The notes: a model not told the origin generated them from the sequence alone. Shown: positions 1 through 10,078, counted from the stretch's first letter. The stretch: DNA of 64,000 nt from a bacterium (GCA_965261595.1 CBDHDG010000004.1:32001-96000), one strand, 5' to 3'. Translations and numbers: made by a program.

Positions 1-58
1 CGTCGTCTGATCCGGTACCTCCGACGTTCGGCGTCGCTTCCTGGGCTCCATTGCTCAT
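1..58 (-). CDS. N-terminus of a hypothetical protein running off the window edge (MSNGAQEATPNVGGTGSDD...)
   Basis: ATG at 58-56 preceded by a GGGAGGA Shine-Dalgarno on the minus strand; frame open to the edge. Confidence 0.5.
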   Translation of the reverse strand, partial: MSNGAQEATPNVGGTGSDD

Positions 59-406
59 CCGGTTTTCCTCCCTTCGTTTCGTTCTCGTTGACGTGATGTT
101 ACTGAGTCCTTTGTACCAAGTGCCCTGGTACGGTACATCCCACACGCATCGCCCAAAGTCCTAGTTATGCTGCATCAAAAAAGGCGCAAGACGCTCCAGA
201 ATCCGGACAACGCGCGAACTCCCCAATGACTCGAAATTCCTTGATTTTGTCGAAGTAATTTTCGATCGGGTGTGGTGCCAGCCATACATAGCATTGTCGT
301 AATTGATTTAAAGTTTCCAGCGGGCGGCGCGCCGGGTTCACCGCATAGGTCGTGGACTGGTTGGGGCGCGGGCGGTGGTGCGGCAACGGGGGACTCCATG
401 TCCCCG

Positions 407-787
407 CTAGCATGGGTCGCTGCAGTCTTTCGCGGGTGGAGTGAAAGGCCGGGTAATGAACTCGTCGTTCAAGTCAGATACAGGCACCTTCGCCGACTTG
501 CCCGGCAATTCCGGCGCAACTTCGGAAATATTTCTGCTGATTTCCTCGATCTCGTTCCTCCGTCCGGCCCTTTCCATGTCGCGCGCAATGGCCTGGGCCG
601 CGAACATGGCCGACCGAAGGAGCTGGATTTCATGCTCCGTGCGGGGCCACTCCCTGTGGTCGAGAGCCTCCATCGCGAGCTCGACCACGAGCTGGTTGGC
701 CGAAACACCCCGATCGTCCGCCTCTTTTTCGATCCTCTTCCATTGCCCGGGCGTGGCCCGAATGTTCTTTTGCAGTGTCTGAGCCAT
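407..787 (-). CDS. Ribbon-helix-helix-like DNA-binding protein (possible relaxosome accessory factor or repressor)
   Basis: 126 aa; N-terminal strand-helix-helix pattern QKNIRATPGQWKRIEKEADDRGVSANQLVVELAMEAL. Confidence 0.6.
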   Translation of the reverse strand: MAQTLQKNIRATPGQWKRIEKEADDRGVSANQLVVELAMEALDHREWPRTEHEIQLLRSAMFAAQAIARDMERAGRRNEIEEISRNISEVAPELPGKSAKVPVSDLNDEFITRPFTPPAKDCSDPC

Positions 788-820
788 CCGTTCTGCCGAT
801 CCTTTTGTGAAGACTTCAGT

Positions 821-850
821 CCATTTTGGTCCAGGAAACGACCGAAATGG
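821..850. promoter_or_regulatory. 11-bp inverted repeat just upstream of the RHH gene (candidate operator)
   Basis: CCATTTTGGTC-N8-GACCGAAATGG, one mismatch between arms. Confidence 0.4.
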
Positions 851-1469
851 TCCTTGCTCCTGGACACCGGACGCCCTCGTCCCGGACTGTGAAGGCCTCC
901 GAATGATGCGACCTCATGAACCACCGAATTGGTAGCCATCATAGCGCAGCGCGGATCCGCGCGCGACCAGTCTGGTATCGGGCGTATGCCGCTTGAGATC
1001 TCACTCGAACTCCGGGCGCGATGCGCACTTGAATAAATGTAAGAATATCAGTGAGATAGCGCCGTATACCTACGAGCTACCAGATTGGTAGGACTTTTTC
1101 CGGCATCACAGAGATACCGCAGGTCGTTGATTGCGCACAAGAATGCAGGACAAGCGCGCGCATGGAGTACGCATGCAGCCTGCTGCGTCGGGTGTGAGAG
1201 TAAAAGCGCCGACCGGCGTCCGACAGACCAAAATGCGAGGAACGAACGAAGGGAAGATCTCCGCGGGCGCGTGACGCGCGGGGGAGCCGCCGCGGCGATT
1301 GAGCGGTCGGCCGTGCGGAGCATGGTGCATGGAGCAGTGCGGGACGGAGTCAGCAGTGGGGTCCGCACCGGTGCGGTACGAAGTGCGGCGGGCGGTGCGG
1401 CAGCGGGCAACGCGGAAGAAGAACGGGCCGCGCCGCCGGGTGGCGACGCGACCCGCGAGGTCGTTGGGA

Positions 1470-2393
1470 TCAGGCGGCGACGCACTGGACCGGGATACCG
1501 AGCTTGCGCGCCTTGTCGACCAGATTGTCGGTGATGCCGGAACCCGGGAACGCGATGACGCCCTTTGGGAGGAGATTGAGCAGCTCGTCATTGCGCCGGA
1601 AGGGCGCCGCGCGTCCGTGTGCGTCCCAGTTGGGCTTGCAGACGATCTGGTGGACGCCGTTGCGGTCCGCCCACTTGGCCGCGACCTTCTCGACGCCCGG
1701 ACCGCCGCCGTGGACCAGGACCACATCGTCGTACTTGGCCTTGAGCTTCTCGAGGGTGCGGATGATGGCGCCTGCGTCGCCGGCGTGCTTGCCGCCTGCC
1801 ACCGCGACGAGCGTTCCCTGGGGCAGGAGCGCCTTGTTCTCGCGGTCCCTGCGGGCACGCTGGAAGTCTCGGGCATCGATCATGGCCGAAGTGAGCTTGC
1901 CGGTCTGGGAGGTGTGGGACCCGCGCCGGGGCCGCCAGAGGTCTCCGGTCTCGACCCGGTAGGCCTCGGCCGCTGCATCTCTGAGTTGCTCGAAGGCGTC
2001 CCGCCGGTCCGTGAGGTTCTTGGTTCGGTCGGTGACGAGTTCGAGCTCTCGGGACCGGATCTCCGAGCCGTCCTGCTCTCGCTGGAGGTCGCGCATGTCG
2101 GGGAGGAGCCTGTCGGCCGCGCGGTCGAGGCGTTGGGTCTGGGCGTCGAGCATGTTGACGAATCCCCAGAGCAGGCTCTCGCGCTCGTCGGCGAGTTGCG
2201 TTCCGTCGGGCGCGACGCCGTGTGCCATGATGCGGAAGGCTTCCGTGACGGCGGAGATCGCGTTCTCCGGGTCCCAGACCTCCCGGTTGTCGAACTCGTC
2301 GCGCTCCGGGGTTGCGCCGAAGAGAGCCGCCTGGTCGCAGACGGTGGCGGTGACGGACTGGTTCTGTTCTGAGATGTTGTCGATATCGTGCAT
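1470..2393 (-). CDS. DUF2493 / YspA-like SLOG domain protein of conjugative elements
   Basis: C-terminal VAVAGG...VLVHGGGPGVEKVAAKWA...PNWDAHGRAAPFRRNDELL...IAFPGSGITDNLVDKA; RBS GAAGGAG before MHDIDN. Confidence 0.8.
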   Translation of the reverse strand: MHDIDNISEQNQSVTATVCDQAALFGATPERDEFDNREVWDPENAISAVTEAFRIMAHGVAPDGTQLADERESLLWGFVNMLDAQTQRLDRAADRLLPDMRDLQREQDGSEIRSRELELVTDRTKNLTDRRDAFEQLRDAAAEAYRVETGDLWRPRRGSHTSQTGKLTSAMIDARDFQRARRDRENKALLPQGTLVAVAGGKHAGDAGAIIRTLEKLKAKYDDVVLVHGGGPGVEKVAAKWADRNGVHQIVCKPNWDAHGRAAPFRRNDELLNLLPKGVIAFPGSGITDNLVDKARKLGIPVQCVAA

Positions 2394-2479
2394 GATGCTC
2401 TCCTTCCGGGTAGAGGGTTGAGAACCGTTATGGTTCGTTGTGCGGAGAGAGTCTCCGAACGTGATGGTTGAGTGGCCCA

Positions 2480-2905
2480 CGCGCGCGCAGCAAAGTCACC
2501 GTGGCCGCAAGGCCTGGCGCGGCGAGGGGCGCGAGTGGTGCGGGCGCACAAGCGACCGCAGGGAGCGCGGAGCCTCGGTCGCGGTTCTTGTCGCGCCTAG
2601 GCGCGCAGCGCCGTAGCCTTGCGAGCCAGGGCCGGAACGAAGAGGAGGACCCCGCCGGAGGCGGGGTTGGCGCAGCGAGCACGTGTGGGACAATGGTCCA
2701 TCACGTCGAGAGGGATATTGTTTGCCACTGTCCCGGACGCCCTGTGCGGTTCCGGGATTGAGACGCGGGTCTCGGGCGCCGGCCCGGCAAGCGTAGCGCG
2801 CAGCGAGCGCCAGCGAGCGGAGGCGATAGGGATGGAAGCGCAAATCGGAGCGGAGCGGAGATTGCAGCGGAGAGCCCGGCCCGAAGGGATCGCCCGAAGG
2901 CGGCA
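2480..2905. promoter_or_regulatory. Structured GC-rich non-coding segment upstream of the DUF2493 gene; candidate ssDNA (Frpo-like) leading-region promoter
   Basis: Several hairpins (GCGACCG...CGGTCGC; CCCCGCC GGA GGCGGGG; GAGAC...GTCTC) and a GGGATGGAAGC...GAGAGCCCGGCCCGAAGGGATCGCCC motif; no credible ORF. Confidence 0.4.
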
Positions 2906-3129
2906 TGGCCCGTCACCGCAACGGACGCGTATCGACGAGTGGCTCCGCAACCTCGCAGGCGAGATTGCCATCGTGGTAGACCCTCGACTCGTACGGACGA
3001 TGCTCCTCAAGGTAACGGATTGCATTTCGGTTCTCCTTCCGTGTTGCTGGTGCCCGGGGCCCTCTCTCTCCCTCCTCGCGGCGTTCGCCCTCTCTCCCGC
3101 TTCACTCTCCTCTCCGTTCCGCCAGAACG

Positions 3130-3418
3130 GAGGCCGCCCATGCCGCGCGGCGCGGGCGAGGACCTGCCCATGGCAGGCCAGCGGCTTTCCGTGAAGGGCG
3201 GCGAGTTCGTCGAGCCCGACCTTGGCGGCGCGAATGCGGCGCCAGAGATCGGCGCGATAGCGCGCGATCACTTCATCGCGCGGTCCGTCCGGGCCGATGC
3301 GGAACCGGTTTCCCCATTGAGAGCGACGGTCGATCCGCACGGTCCCGCCGTGCTCCGCCTTGCCGTCGAGCGCCGCCCGCAGGGCGGGCGCATGCCTGAG
3401 ATTGACGATGTGCGCCAT
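3130..3418 (-). pseudogene. DUF4326 domain protein, probably internally deleted; 3' end approximate
   Basis: VRIDRRSQWGNRFRIGPDGPRDEVIARY...LAALHGKPLACHGQVL. The usual LxCxCxPxxCHG motif is collapsed and the ORF reads on into non-protein-like sequence down to 2597. Confidence 0.6.
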
Positions 3419-3460
3419 GCTCTCTTTCTCCTTTGGATCCGTTCATCCCTCCCCCGCTCT

Positions 3461-4474
3461 TCACTCCCTCTCTCCGACCCGCTGCGGCGCGGGGAACAGG
3501 GCGGCGAGCCGAAGGGCCAGGGCCCGGGGTCCGAGGGCGACCAGATCGTCGTTGAAGTCGCCGTATTCGGAGACGATGACGTGGGCGGCGACGCCCGCCC
3601 GCGCGCAGCGCCGGGCGAGGCGTTGGGCGGCCCGTTCGCCCTCGGAATCGTTGTCGCGGGCGATGACGAGCCGTTTGAGCCCGCCAGGTGGAGCGAAGGC
3701 GCCGAGGCTTCCGGCCGAGAGCGCGGCCGCCGAAATGACCCCGGGCGCCGCGGTGACGATCGACAGCACCGTCTCGATGCCTTCGCCGACGAGCAGCGAA
3801 GCGCCGTCGGCGGGCTTGCCGAAGCACACGGCGCGTCCGTGGATGCGGCCGAGCGCCTTGCGCGGGGCCGCGACGTCCGCCTTGGCGGGCAAGCGCGAAT
3901 CGAGCCAGGTGCGCTGCACGCCTTGGATGGCGCCGTCGTCGCCGGTCACGGCGGCGACCAGCGCCGGAAAACGGCGCAGGGAAGAGCCTTCGCGATAGCG
4001 AAGCTCGGGATGGAAGCGCAATGCCGGGAACCGGCAGCGCGCGAGTCCGCGGGCGTGGAGGTAGGCCTCGGCATGGGTGCCGCCGATGGCGCGGCAACGC
4101 CGCCAGAGGCGGCGGGCCGCTTCTGTTGCGTCGTAGCCCTCGCCCGGCGCCGGCGGAGCCGGCAGGGCGAGGAAGGCGCGGGCCTCGGCGAGCGCCGCGC
4201 GAAGCGTCGGCGCGCCCGAGCGATGCCGAACGAGATCGAGCAGGTCCCCGTGCTCTCCGGTGGCCGCGTCGGTCCACTTGCCGGGGACGCCGGGACCGTG
4301 CAGGCGGACGAAGAGCGAGCGCCCGCGAGCGCCTTCGAGATCGCCGGCGACCCAGTACCGGCCTTGCTTTTTGCCCTGGGGCAGGTAACGCCGGCAGACG
4401 GCCTCGGCGCACGCGCCGAGCGCGGCGGCGATGTCGGCGGCGGGAGATGCGGAACGGGACGATGGGGGCGGCAT
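3461..4474 (-). CDS. Toprim domain-containing primase-like protein (plasmid/ICE type)
   Basis: GKWTDAATGEHGDLLDL, AEAYLHARG, LRFHP, GVQRTWL, VGEGIETVLS, VIARDND, GDFNDDL. Confidence 0.85.
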   Translation of the reverse strand: MPPPSSRSASPAADIAAALGACAEAVCRRYLPQGKKQGRYWVAGDLEGARGRSLFVRLHGPGVPGKWTDAATGEHGDLLDLVRHRSGAPTLRAALAEARAFLALPAPPAPGEGYDATEAARRLWRRCRAIGGTHAEAYLHARGLARCRFPALRFHPELRYREGSSLRRFPALVAAVTGDDGAIQGVQRTWLDSRLPAKADVAAPRKALGRIHGRAVCFGKPADGASLLVGEGIETVLSIVTAAPGVISAAALSAGSLGAFAPPGGLKRLVIARDNDSEGERAAQRLARRCARAGVAAHVIVSEYGDFNDDLVALGPRALALRLAALFPAPQRVGERE

Positions 4475-4668
4475 GACGGGCCTCCTCTGGATGGACGGGG
4501 AAGGCCCGATACCGGCCGGCCTCCGCCTCCGGCCGGCGCCGGAGGACGAAGCGCCGCGCGCAGCGCTGGCGCGAGGCCCGAACGGGCGCTGTCTCGGAAC
4601 GGGCAGCAAGAAAAAGGGCCGACGCGCGAAGCGCCGGCCCAGGTAGAGGGAGGAAACGGAATGCGCGC

Positions 4669-5094
4669 TCAGAACGGGATGTCGTCGATGGGCGCTTCGG
4701 CGGACGGCGTCTCCGCCTCCGCGACCGGCGCGCCGTTGCCGTTGGGCTTGTCGAGGAACTGCACGCGCCCGCCCGGAACCAGCAGGATCTCGGTCGAGAA
4801 CCGGTCGGAGTCCTCCTCGTCCTTCTTCCAGCGACGGGTCTGCAGCTTGCCCGCCACATAGACCAGCCGGCCCTTCGTCGCGTGCTTCTCGAACATGTCC
4901 ACCAGCCCGGGCTGGAAGGTGACGACCCGGTGCCACTCGGTCTTGTCGACCCGATCGCCGGTCTGCTTGTCGATGTAGCCCTCGTCGGTGGCGATCGACA
5001 GGTTGGCCACGCGTCCGCCGCTGGTGAGGTGGTTGACGGTGACGTCGGCGCCGAGGCGGCCGATCACTTCAGCGCGATTGAGTCCGAATGCCAT
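4669..5094 (-). CDS. ssb: Single-stranded DNA-binding protein
   Basis: NRAEVIGRLGAD, KTEWHRVV, KGRLVYVAGKLQTRRW, C-terminal DDIPF tail. Confidence 0.95.
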   Translation of the reverse strand: MAFGLNRAEVIGRLGADVTVNHLTSGGRVANLSIATDEGYIDKQTGDRVDKTEWHRVVTFQPGLVDMFEKHATKGRLVYVAGKLQTRRWKKDEEDSDRFSTEILLVPGGRVQFLDKPNGNGAPVAEAETPSAEAPIDDIPF

Positions 5095-5180
5095 GATGAA
5101 TCTCCTTCTGCGTGAGGGTGTGGAAGACAACGGGTGATGGAAGGGGGGAGAGCCTCTCTCCCCGGCCCCTTCGGTTCACC

Positions 5181-5321
5181 CTATGAAAGCTCCTCTCCTT
5201 CGCCGGTGTCGGCATGGACCGCTTCGGTGAGGATCCTGCGGATGGTGTAAGAGTCGAGGCCGATCTCGGCGAGCAGTTCGTCACCTGTGGGGAGTTCGAG
5301 GTCGAGGTCACGGTCGAGCAT
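5181..5321 (-). CDS. Small acidic hypothetical protein (46 aa, MLDRDLDLELPTGDELLAEIGLDSYTIRRIL...)
   Basis: Below the ORF-track cutoff; AGGAGA RBS; co-oriented with ssb. Confidence 0.55.
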   Translation of the reverse strand: MLDRDLDLELPTGDELLAEIGLDSYTIRRILTEAVHADTGEGEELS

Positions 5322-5583
5322 GGGCTTGTCTCCTGTTCCGGGATTGCAGTTCCCGGCATCGGGACCGGGAGACCGTCTCCCTCTTCCCTGCCGGGCGTTT
5401 GCCCGGCCCTTGCTTCCCTCTGACTCGAAGGACGGTGACGGGACCCGGGGCGAGCTCAGAGGGCGCGACGGACGCCGGCAGCCGCTCGCCGACCTTGCGC
5501 GGTCTTCGCCCTCGCCCGGCTATCGTCGAACACGGATCCGCCCGGGCTTGCGTGCGGTGTGAGATTCGAGTCGGATAAGGAGC

Positions 5584-5850
5584 ATGGACGACCAGGGACG
5601 CATCAAGCGGCGCGGGTTCTGGCTGCTGGCCCTTCTGTGGCTGCCCGCCGGGGTGGTCGCGACGGCGGCGGTGCACTTCGCGCCGGAGGCGGGGCCGGAG
5701 GTGGAGCCCCGAATGTGGCTGTCGATGCTGCTGATGTCGACGGCGTCGCTGATGGCGGGACTGCTTGGCCCAATCGTCATCGCCGACTACGCGATGGTCT
5801 TGAGCCTTCTGGTGTGGATCGCGTGGTGGTGGCTCGCGCGGCGGGGTTGA
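5584..5850 (+). CDS. Small hypothetical membrane protein
   Basis: 88 aa, about three hydrophobic segments, AAGGAG RBS. Confidence 0.55.
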   Translation: MDDQGRIKRRGFWLLALLWLPAGVVATAAVHFAPEAGPEVEPRMWLSMLLMSTASLMAGLLGPIVIADYAMVLSLLVWIAWWWLARRG

Positions 5851-5892
5851 GGCCGGATGACGTCAGGCCGGCTGCGTAGCAATGCAGTCGGC

Positions 5893-6075
5893 TCACTGCA
5901 CGGTCTTGCTATCCGGTGCGCCGTTCTCGGCGCGCATGGACCGTGCGGCCAGGGTGATGGGAATGTAGCCGCTTATGTCGTGGATAACGATTCTGATCTG
6001 CTGTAGATCGTTGTCGAGGTCGTAGGCCGGGGAGAAGGCGTAGTAGGGGTTCTTCGGCAGGGTGTGCGCGGTCAT
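5893..6075 (-). CDS. Small hypothetical protein (MTAHTLPKNPYYAFSPAYD...), possibly truncated
   Basis: AAGGGAGG RBS before the ATG at 6075. Confidence 0.45.
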   Translation of the reverse strand: MTAHTLPKNPYYAFSPAYDLDNDLQQIRIVIHDISGYIPITLAARSMRAENGAPDSKTVQ

Positions 6076-6188
6076 GTGCGGGCCTCCCTTGAGGGGTCGA
6101 CGGTGCGCCGGGGGGCGCGGGTGATGGTCCCCCCGCTGGCGGGCGGCAGGTCGGCAGTACGTACCCCCGGCGAGCCGGCGCATAGAGG

Positions 6189-6998
6189 TCACTGCCCCGT
6201 AAAAGACGCCATCGGTGACGTATCCGAAATAATCTCCACCTGTTGGTGGGACAGCCGCGCGAAGGCCAGACACATGGCCACCTCCTCCCAGCTGTCCCAG
6301 ATCCCGTGGTCCTCGCCCGTGGCGACCTCGATCACGGTGTAGCGAGGCGGAAGGATCGGAAGGCCCCGATGCCAGCCCGACCGCACCCAGGACCGGTGCG
6401 CGCACGGCACGCACCGCGCCGCTCCCTGAGAGGGTTCGCCACAGTCCGTGCAACGCCACCTCGCACGCCTATGGGCGTAGCGCCTTCGGCTGGCCGCGTT
6501 CTTCCGTGGATGGCGCCCGGCCTCGAGAGCCGCGCAGGGACCGCAGCGCGAGGCGTGGTCAAGGATATGTCTTCCGCACCTGCCGCACCGTCCCTCGGCC
6601 CTGCGGGCGGCATACTGCTCTTGTTCGGCCGCTTGCCGGGCGTCACGGCAAGCCCGGCAGGTCGCCCCGTCCGGGACGGGAGGACGGTTCCCGCATCGCG
6701 TGCACAGGCCGGCGGCCCGGCATGCCCGGAGGCGCTTCCTCCTTTTCTCCCGCCCGAGCCTGCGGCAGTCCTTGGGATCCCGGCCTCCGTAGAGCCTGCC
6801 GGCGGCCTTGCCCTTGGCGTACCGGGCGCGCTCGGCCTTGCGCCGCTTCTCGCCGCAGGAGCGGCACAGACTACAGTCGGGAGGAAGGGGATCTCTTCCG
6901 CATTTGGGGCACAGGCCTTGGGCGAGGCGCTCTTTGGTGAGCCGGCGGTAGCGTTCCCGGTCATGCTCGCGGGCCTTGTCGGGGTTCTTGTAGGACAC
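6189..6998 (-). CDS. Arg-rich protein with four tandem CxxC-x9-11-CxxC putative zinc fingers
   Basis: CPKC/CRSC, CTRC/CRAC, CGRC/CGPC, CTDC/CVPC; GTG start at 6998 is inferred (the open frame extends to 7292). Confidence 0.7.
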   Translation of the reverse strand: MSYKNPDKAREHDRERYRRLTKERLAQGLCPKCGRDPLPPDCSLCRSCGEKRRKAERARYAKGKAAGRLYGGRDPKDCRRLGREKRRKRLRACRAAGLCTRCGNRPPVPDGATCRACRDARQAAEQEQYAARRAEGRCGRCGRHILDHASRCGPCAALEAGRHPRKNAASRRRYAHRRARWRCTDCGEPSQGAARCVPCAHRSWVRSGWHRGLPILPPRYTVIEVATGEDHGIWDSWEEVAMCLAFARLSHQQVEIISDTSPMASFTGQ

Positions 6999-7486
6999 CT
7001 GTGGACGCCTCCCATCGGGGCTGGAATCGGGACGACGGACGCCCGGCCGGCGCCGGGCCGGCAGGACGTCCTGATAGAGAACGTCAATCAGTGCTTCTGC
7101 TTGCGGTCGCAGAACAATCCCGTTGCCATCCAGCCCATATGTTGCATCGATGACAATTCCTTCTGTCCAGCAGGAGGTTGAGTAGAATTCATGCAACATA
7201 ATTTTTCGGCACCTATGCACGTAATCGTGCCTCCACCAACAGGGAGACGCGACTATGTCCAAAGAACTGTTCACACAACCGGACACCATCAAGGCATACC
7301 AGGCGGCACCGCTCGCTCGGGGGTGGCGATATCTTCACCATCGCACGGAATGCAGTACCAGACCGCTTGCGTTGTAAAGATTGCCGGGACCCGATTGCGC
7401 TCGGTTCGCCTTCCTGAAATCCCTATGATTGCAAAAGGTTATGTTGCGGCGATCCGGACTTCTTCCATAGCAGTCAGAAGAATCTG

Positions 7487-7804
7487 TCATCGCTGCAACA
7501 TATTCCGCCAGATAACATTACAGCCCCAGTACTGGACCCCGGAGTTCCGGAGGTTGATTCCGGTTGCAATGATGATCTCGTCCCGCACGGGCCGCATCTT
7601 CCGGACCGCCTGCCGGGACGCGACCGTCCCCGGCGCCTTGCGCCGGCCCTTGGTCCTTGGTCCCCCGGTGCGCAGGGGCCGGATGTCGCCGTCAGCCATT
7701 GACTGGAAGCGCTCGACCACGTAGCGGTCGTCATCGAGACCTTGGCCGAACAGATGGGTGAGGAAGGTGCTTGCGTTGCCGGGATGGGTCTGGACCGTGC
7801 GCAT
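7487..7804 (-). CDS. Hypothetical protein
   Basis: AAGGAGA RBS before MRTVQTHPG; no recognisable motif. Confidence 0.4.
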   Translation of the reverse strand: MRTVQTHPGNASTFLTHLFGQGLDDDRYVVERFQSMADGDIRPLRTGGPRTKGRRKAPGTVASRQAVRKMRPVRDEIIIATGINLRNSGVQYWGCNVIWRNMLQR

Positions 7805-8565
7805 GATTCCGTCTCCTTACGGGCCGGTGGTTGAGAGAGGCGGAGATGTCCTCCCCGCGGGACATCCGTCCGCCGCCCCGCTCACGGCCCGGCTCGGCCT
7901 CTTCGCGGCGCAGAGCGCGTCGGGAAATTGCGGCGGTGAGTTGTCGTTGCGGTGAATGTTTCGGTGGGTGGGAATGCGACCCCCTCGGCCACCACCGGGC
8001 TGCCCGTGGTTCGGACGGGGGGTATCCTAATCTACCAATCTTGGGGAAGTCTTACGTCCACGGGCTGTCGCCCACCTCATGGCGGGGGCAAAAACCACCA
8101 TCAGTCCAAGAGCCCTTCCTGGGGTCTGCAATCTCTATTTGGAATTCGAGCGGCAGGGCATTGTTGAGAATAGTAATAGTGTCCCATACGACGCGAAAGA
8201 TTTCCACAGCATTCGGATCGTTCCGATGCAAAAGCTCACTTAATCTGTGATCGATCTAATCTTTAAGTTTAACTCGAAACTGGTAGAATAGGAATTGTGC
8301 ACATCGCTTGAAACCGTGATAGATGGGAGACACAGGCGGGGAACAAAACGTAAACTTGGGTCTCGTCGATGTGATGTTCAACTTCTCGCACTTGCGGTCA
8401 TCGCAGTCCGAGTGACACGGTGATTCCGGGCTAGGCCGACCACCCAAAAGGCCCATTGTCCCGCATTTCCCATTTGGGTCATAAGATTCGACAGACCGAA
8501 AGGCGCTTTCTCATGTAAAATCAGCGTGTTGGCTTCCCCCTGCCATGTTCTCGCGGGGGAACCCT

Positions 8566-9898
8566 ATGGGTGAAGCGAAAAAGACGGCATTGAGGGTCCA
8601 TTGTAACCGTAGGCTGAGGCTTGACTTTCACGGAGCCAGAATCACTTCAGATGCAGGATTGCTGGCCTGCCGGGAGTTGGATGATGCGCTGGGTTTGACG
8701 GTGAGAGTGCCAGCCCACTGGCACGAGATCCGTCATGGCCGGAACGTCCAGCATGAGTTGGCGCCGCTATTGCGCCAGTCAGTCTATAGTCGCCTGGCCG
8801 GGTACGAGGACACCAACGATGCCGAGCGATTGGCGAGAGACCCTGCTAGGCAAGCCGTAGTTGGCCGGCGGGCACTTGAGAAGCAGGCGGCCAGTACCAA
8901 CACATTGAGCTGGTTCGAGACGGAAGTTCTCTGCAGCGAGGAGAACCTGAGTAGGCTGAGGCAACTGAACACGGAATGGGTAGAGCGGGCCATGAGCCGC
9001 ACGCCGCATCAGCGGGTCATCCTGGACATGGATAGCTCGGAAAGCCGGGTGCACGGACAGCAGGAAGGGACTGCCTATAACGGTCACTTCGGTTCCCTGT
9101 GCGACCATCCCTTATTCTGCTTCAACCAGTTTGGGGACTGCGAGGGGGCGATGTTGCGTCTGGGCAACGTTCACAGCGCCGATGGGTGGCGAAAGTTGTT
9201 GGAGCCCATCACGGCCCGCTATGAGCACGCTGATGTTCGCCGTTCCTTTCGGGCCGATGCCGCCTTTACGAGCCCCGAGGTCTATGAGTACGTTGGAAGA
9301 GCGTGGCTTCCTCTACGCCATCCGGCTCCCTGCGAACGAAGTGCTCTACCCACGGATCGACTTCCTGCTGACTCGCCCGGTCGGTCGCCCGCCCAAGAGA
9401 CCCATCATCTTCTATCACGACTTCCGGTATCAGGCTGGAAGCTGGGACCACCCCCGAGGGGTGGTGGCGAAGGTGGAATGGCACTCAGGCGAACGCTTCC
9501 CTCGCGTCGGATTCATTGTCACGGACCTGACGGCTCGACCCGAGGGGGTCGTGCACTTCTACAACCAGCGAGGCACAGCCGAGCAATGGATCAAGGAAGG
9601 CAAGTACGCCCTGAACTGGACACGCCTTTCCTGTCACCGGTTCGTGTGCAACCAGGTGCGGCTCCTTCTCTTCGTCCTGGGGTACAACCTGGGCAATTTC
9701 CTGCGGAGGTTAGCCTTGCCCAGGGGGCTCAAGCACTGGTCGCTGCGAAGCCTCCAGGTCAAGCTCATCAAAATGGGCGGCCGGATTGTGCGCCATGCCC
9801 GGCACATCATCTTTCAGTTGGCCGAGGTAGCCGTATCCAGGGAGGTGTTCGCTCTCATCCTGGACTGGATCAACCGATTGCGGCCCGTACCTGTCTAA
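8566..9898 (+). pseudogene. IS1380-family transposase, frameshifted near 9290
   Basis: ITSDAGLL, AGYEDTNDA, ILDMDSS, FRADAAF in one frame; FYNQRGTAEQWIKEGK and WSLRSLQVKLIK in another. Confidence 0.9.
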
Positions 9899-10049
9899 CC
9901 GCTCTCAGCGCAGTCCACCCGAGGACATAATGGTGAATGTTCTGTCCCTTCCAGATGACCTGCTGGGAAGGCTCGCCTACCCGGAGGGGTGGCATGATTT
10001 TCAATGGCGGATAACGCTCCGATTAGGGTTTCAGGCACCTGAAATGGGA

Positions 10050-10078
10050 TTGACAGGTCCGGGAGAGAGGGGTCTAAT
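10050..10078 (+). promoter_or_regulatory. Outward-facing sigma70-type promoter in the IS1380 right end
   Basis: TTGACA-17 bp-TCTAAT; both hexamers conserved in the second copy. Confidence 0.55.

Noticed and set aside
7080..7560. Lower-GC spacer as an ncRNA or an N-terminal extension of the zinc-finger ORF
   Set aside because: No recognisable RNA structure, and composition differs from the coding part; more likely a promoter region.
8050..8456. Low-GC minus-strand frame with one internal stop next to the IS1380 left end
   Set aside because: No recognisable motif; cannot be supported as a gene by eye.
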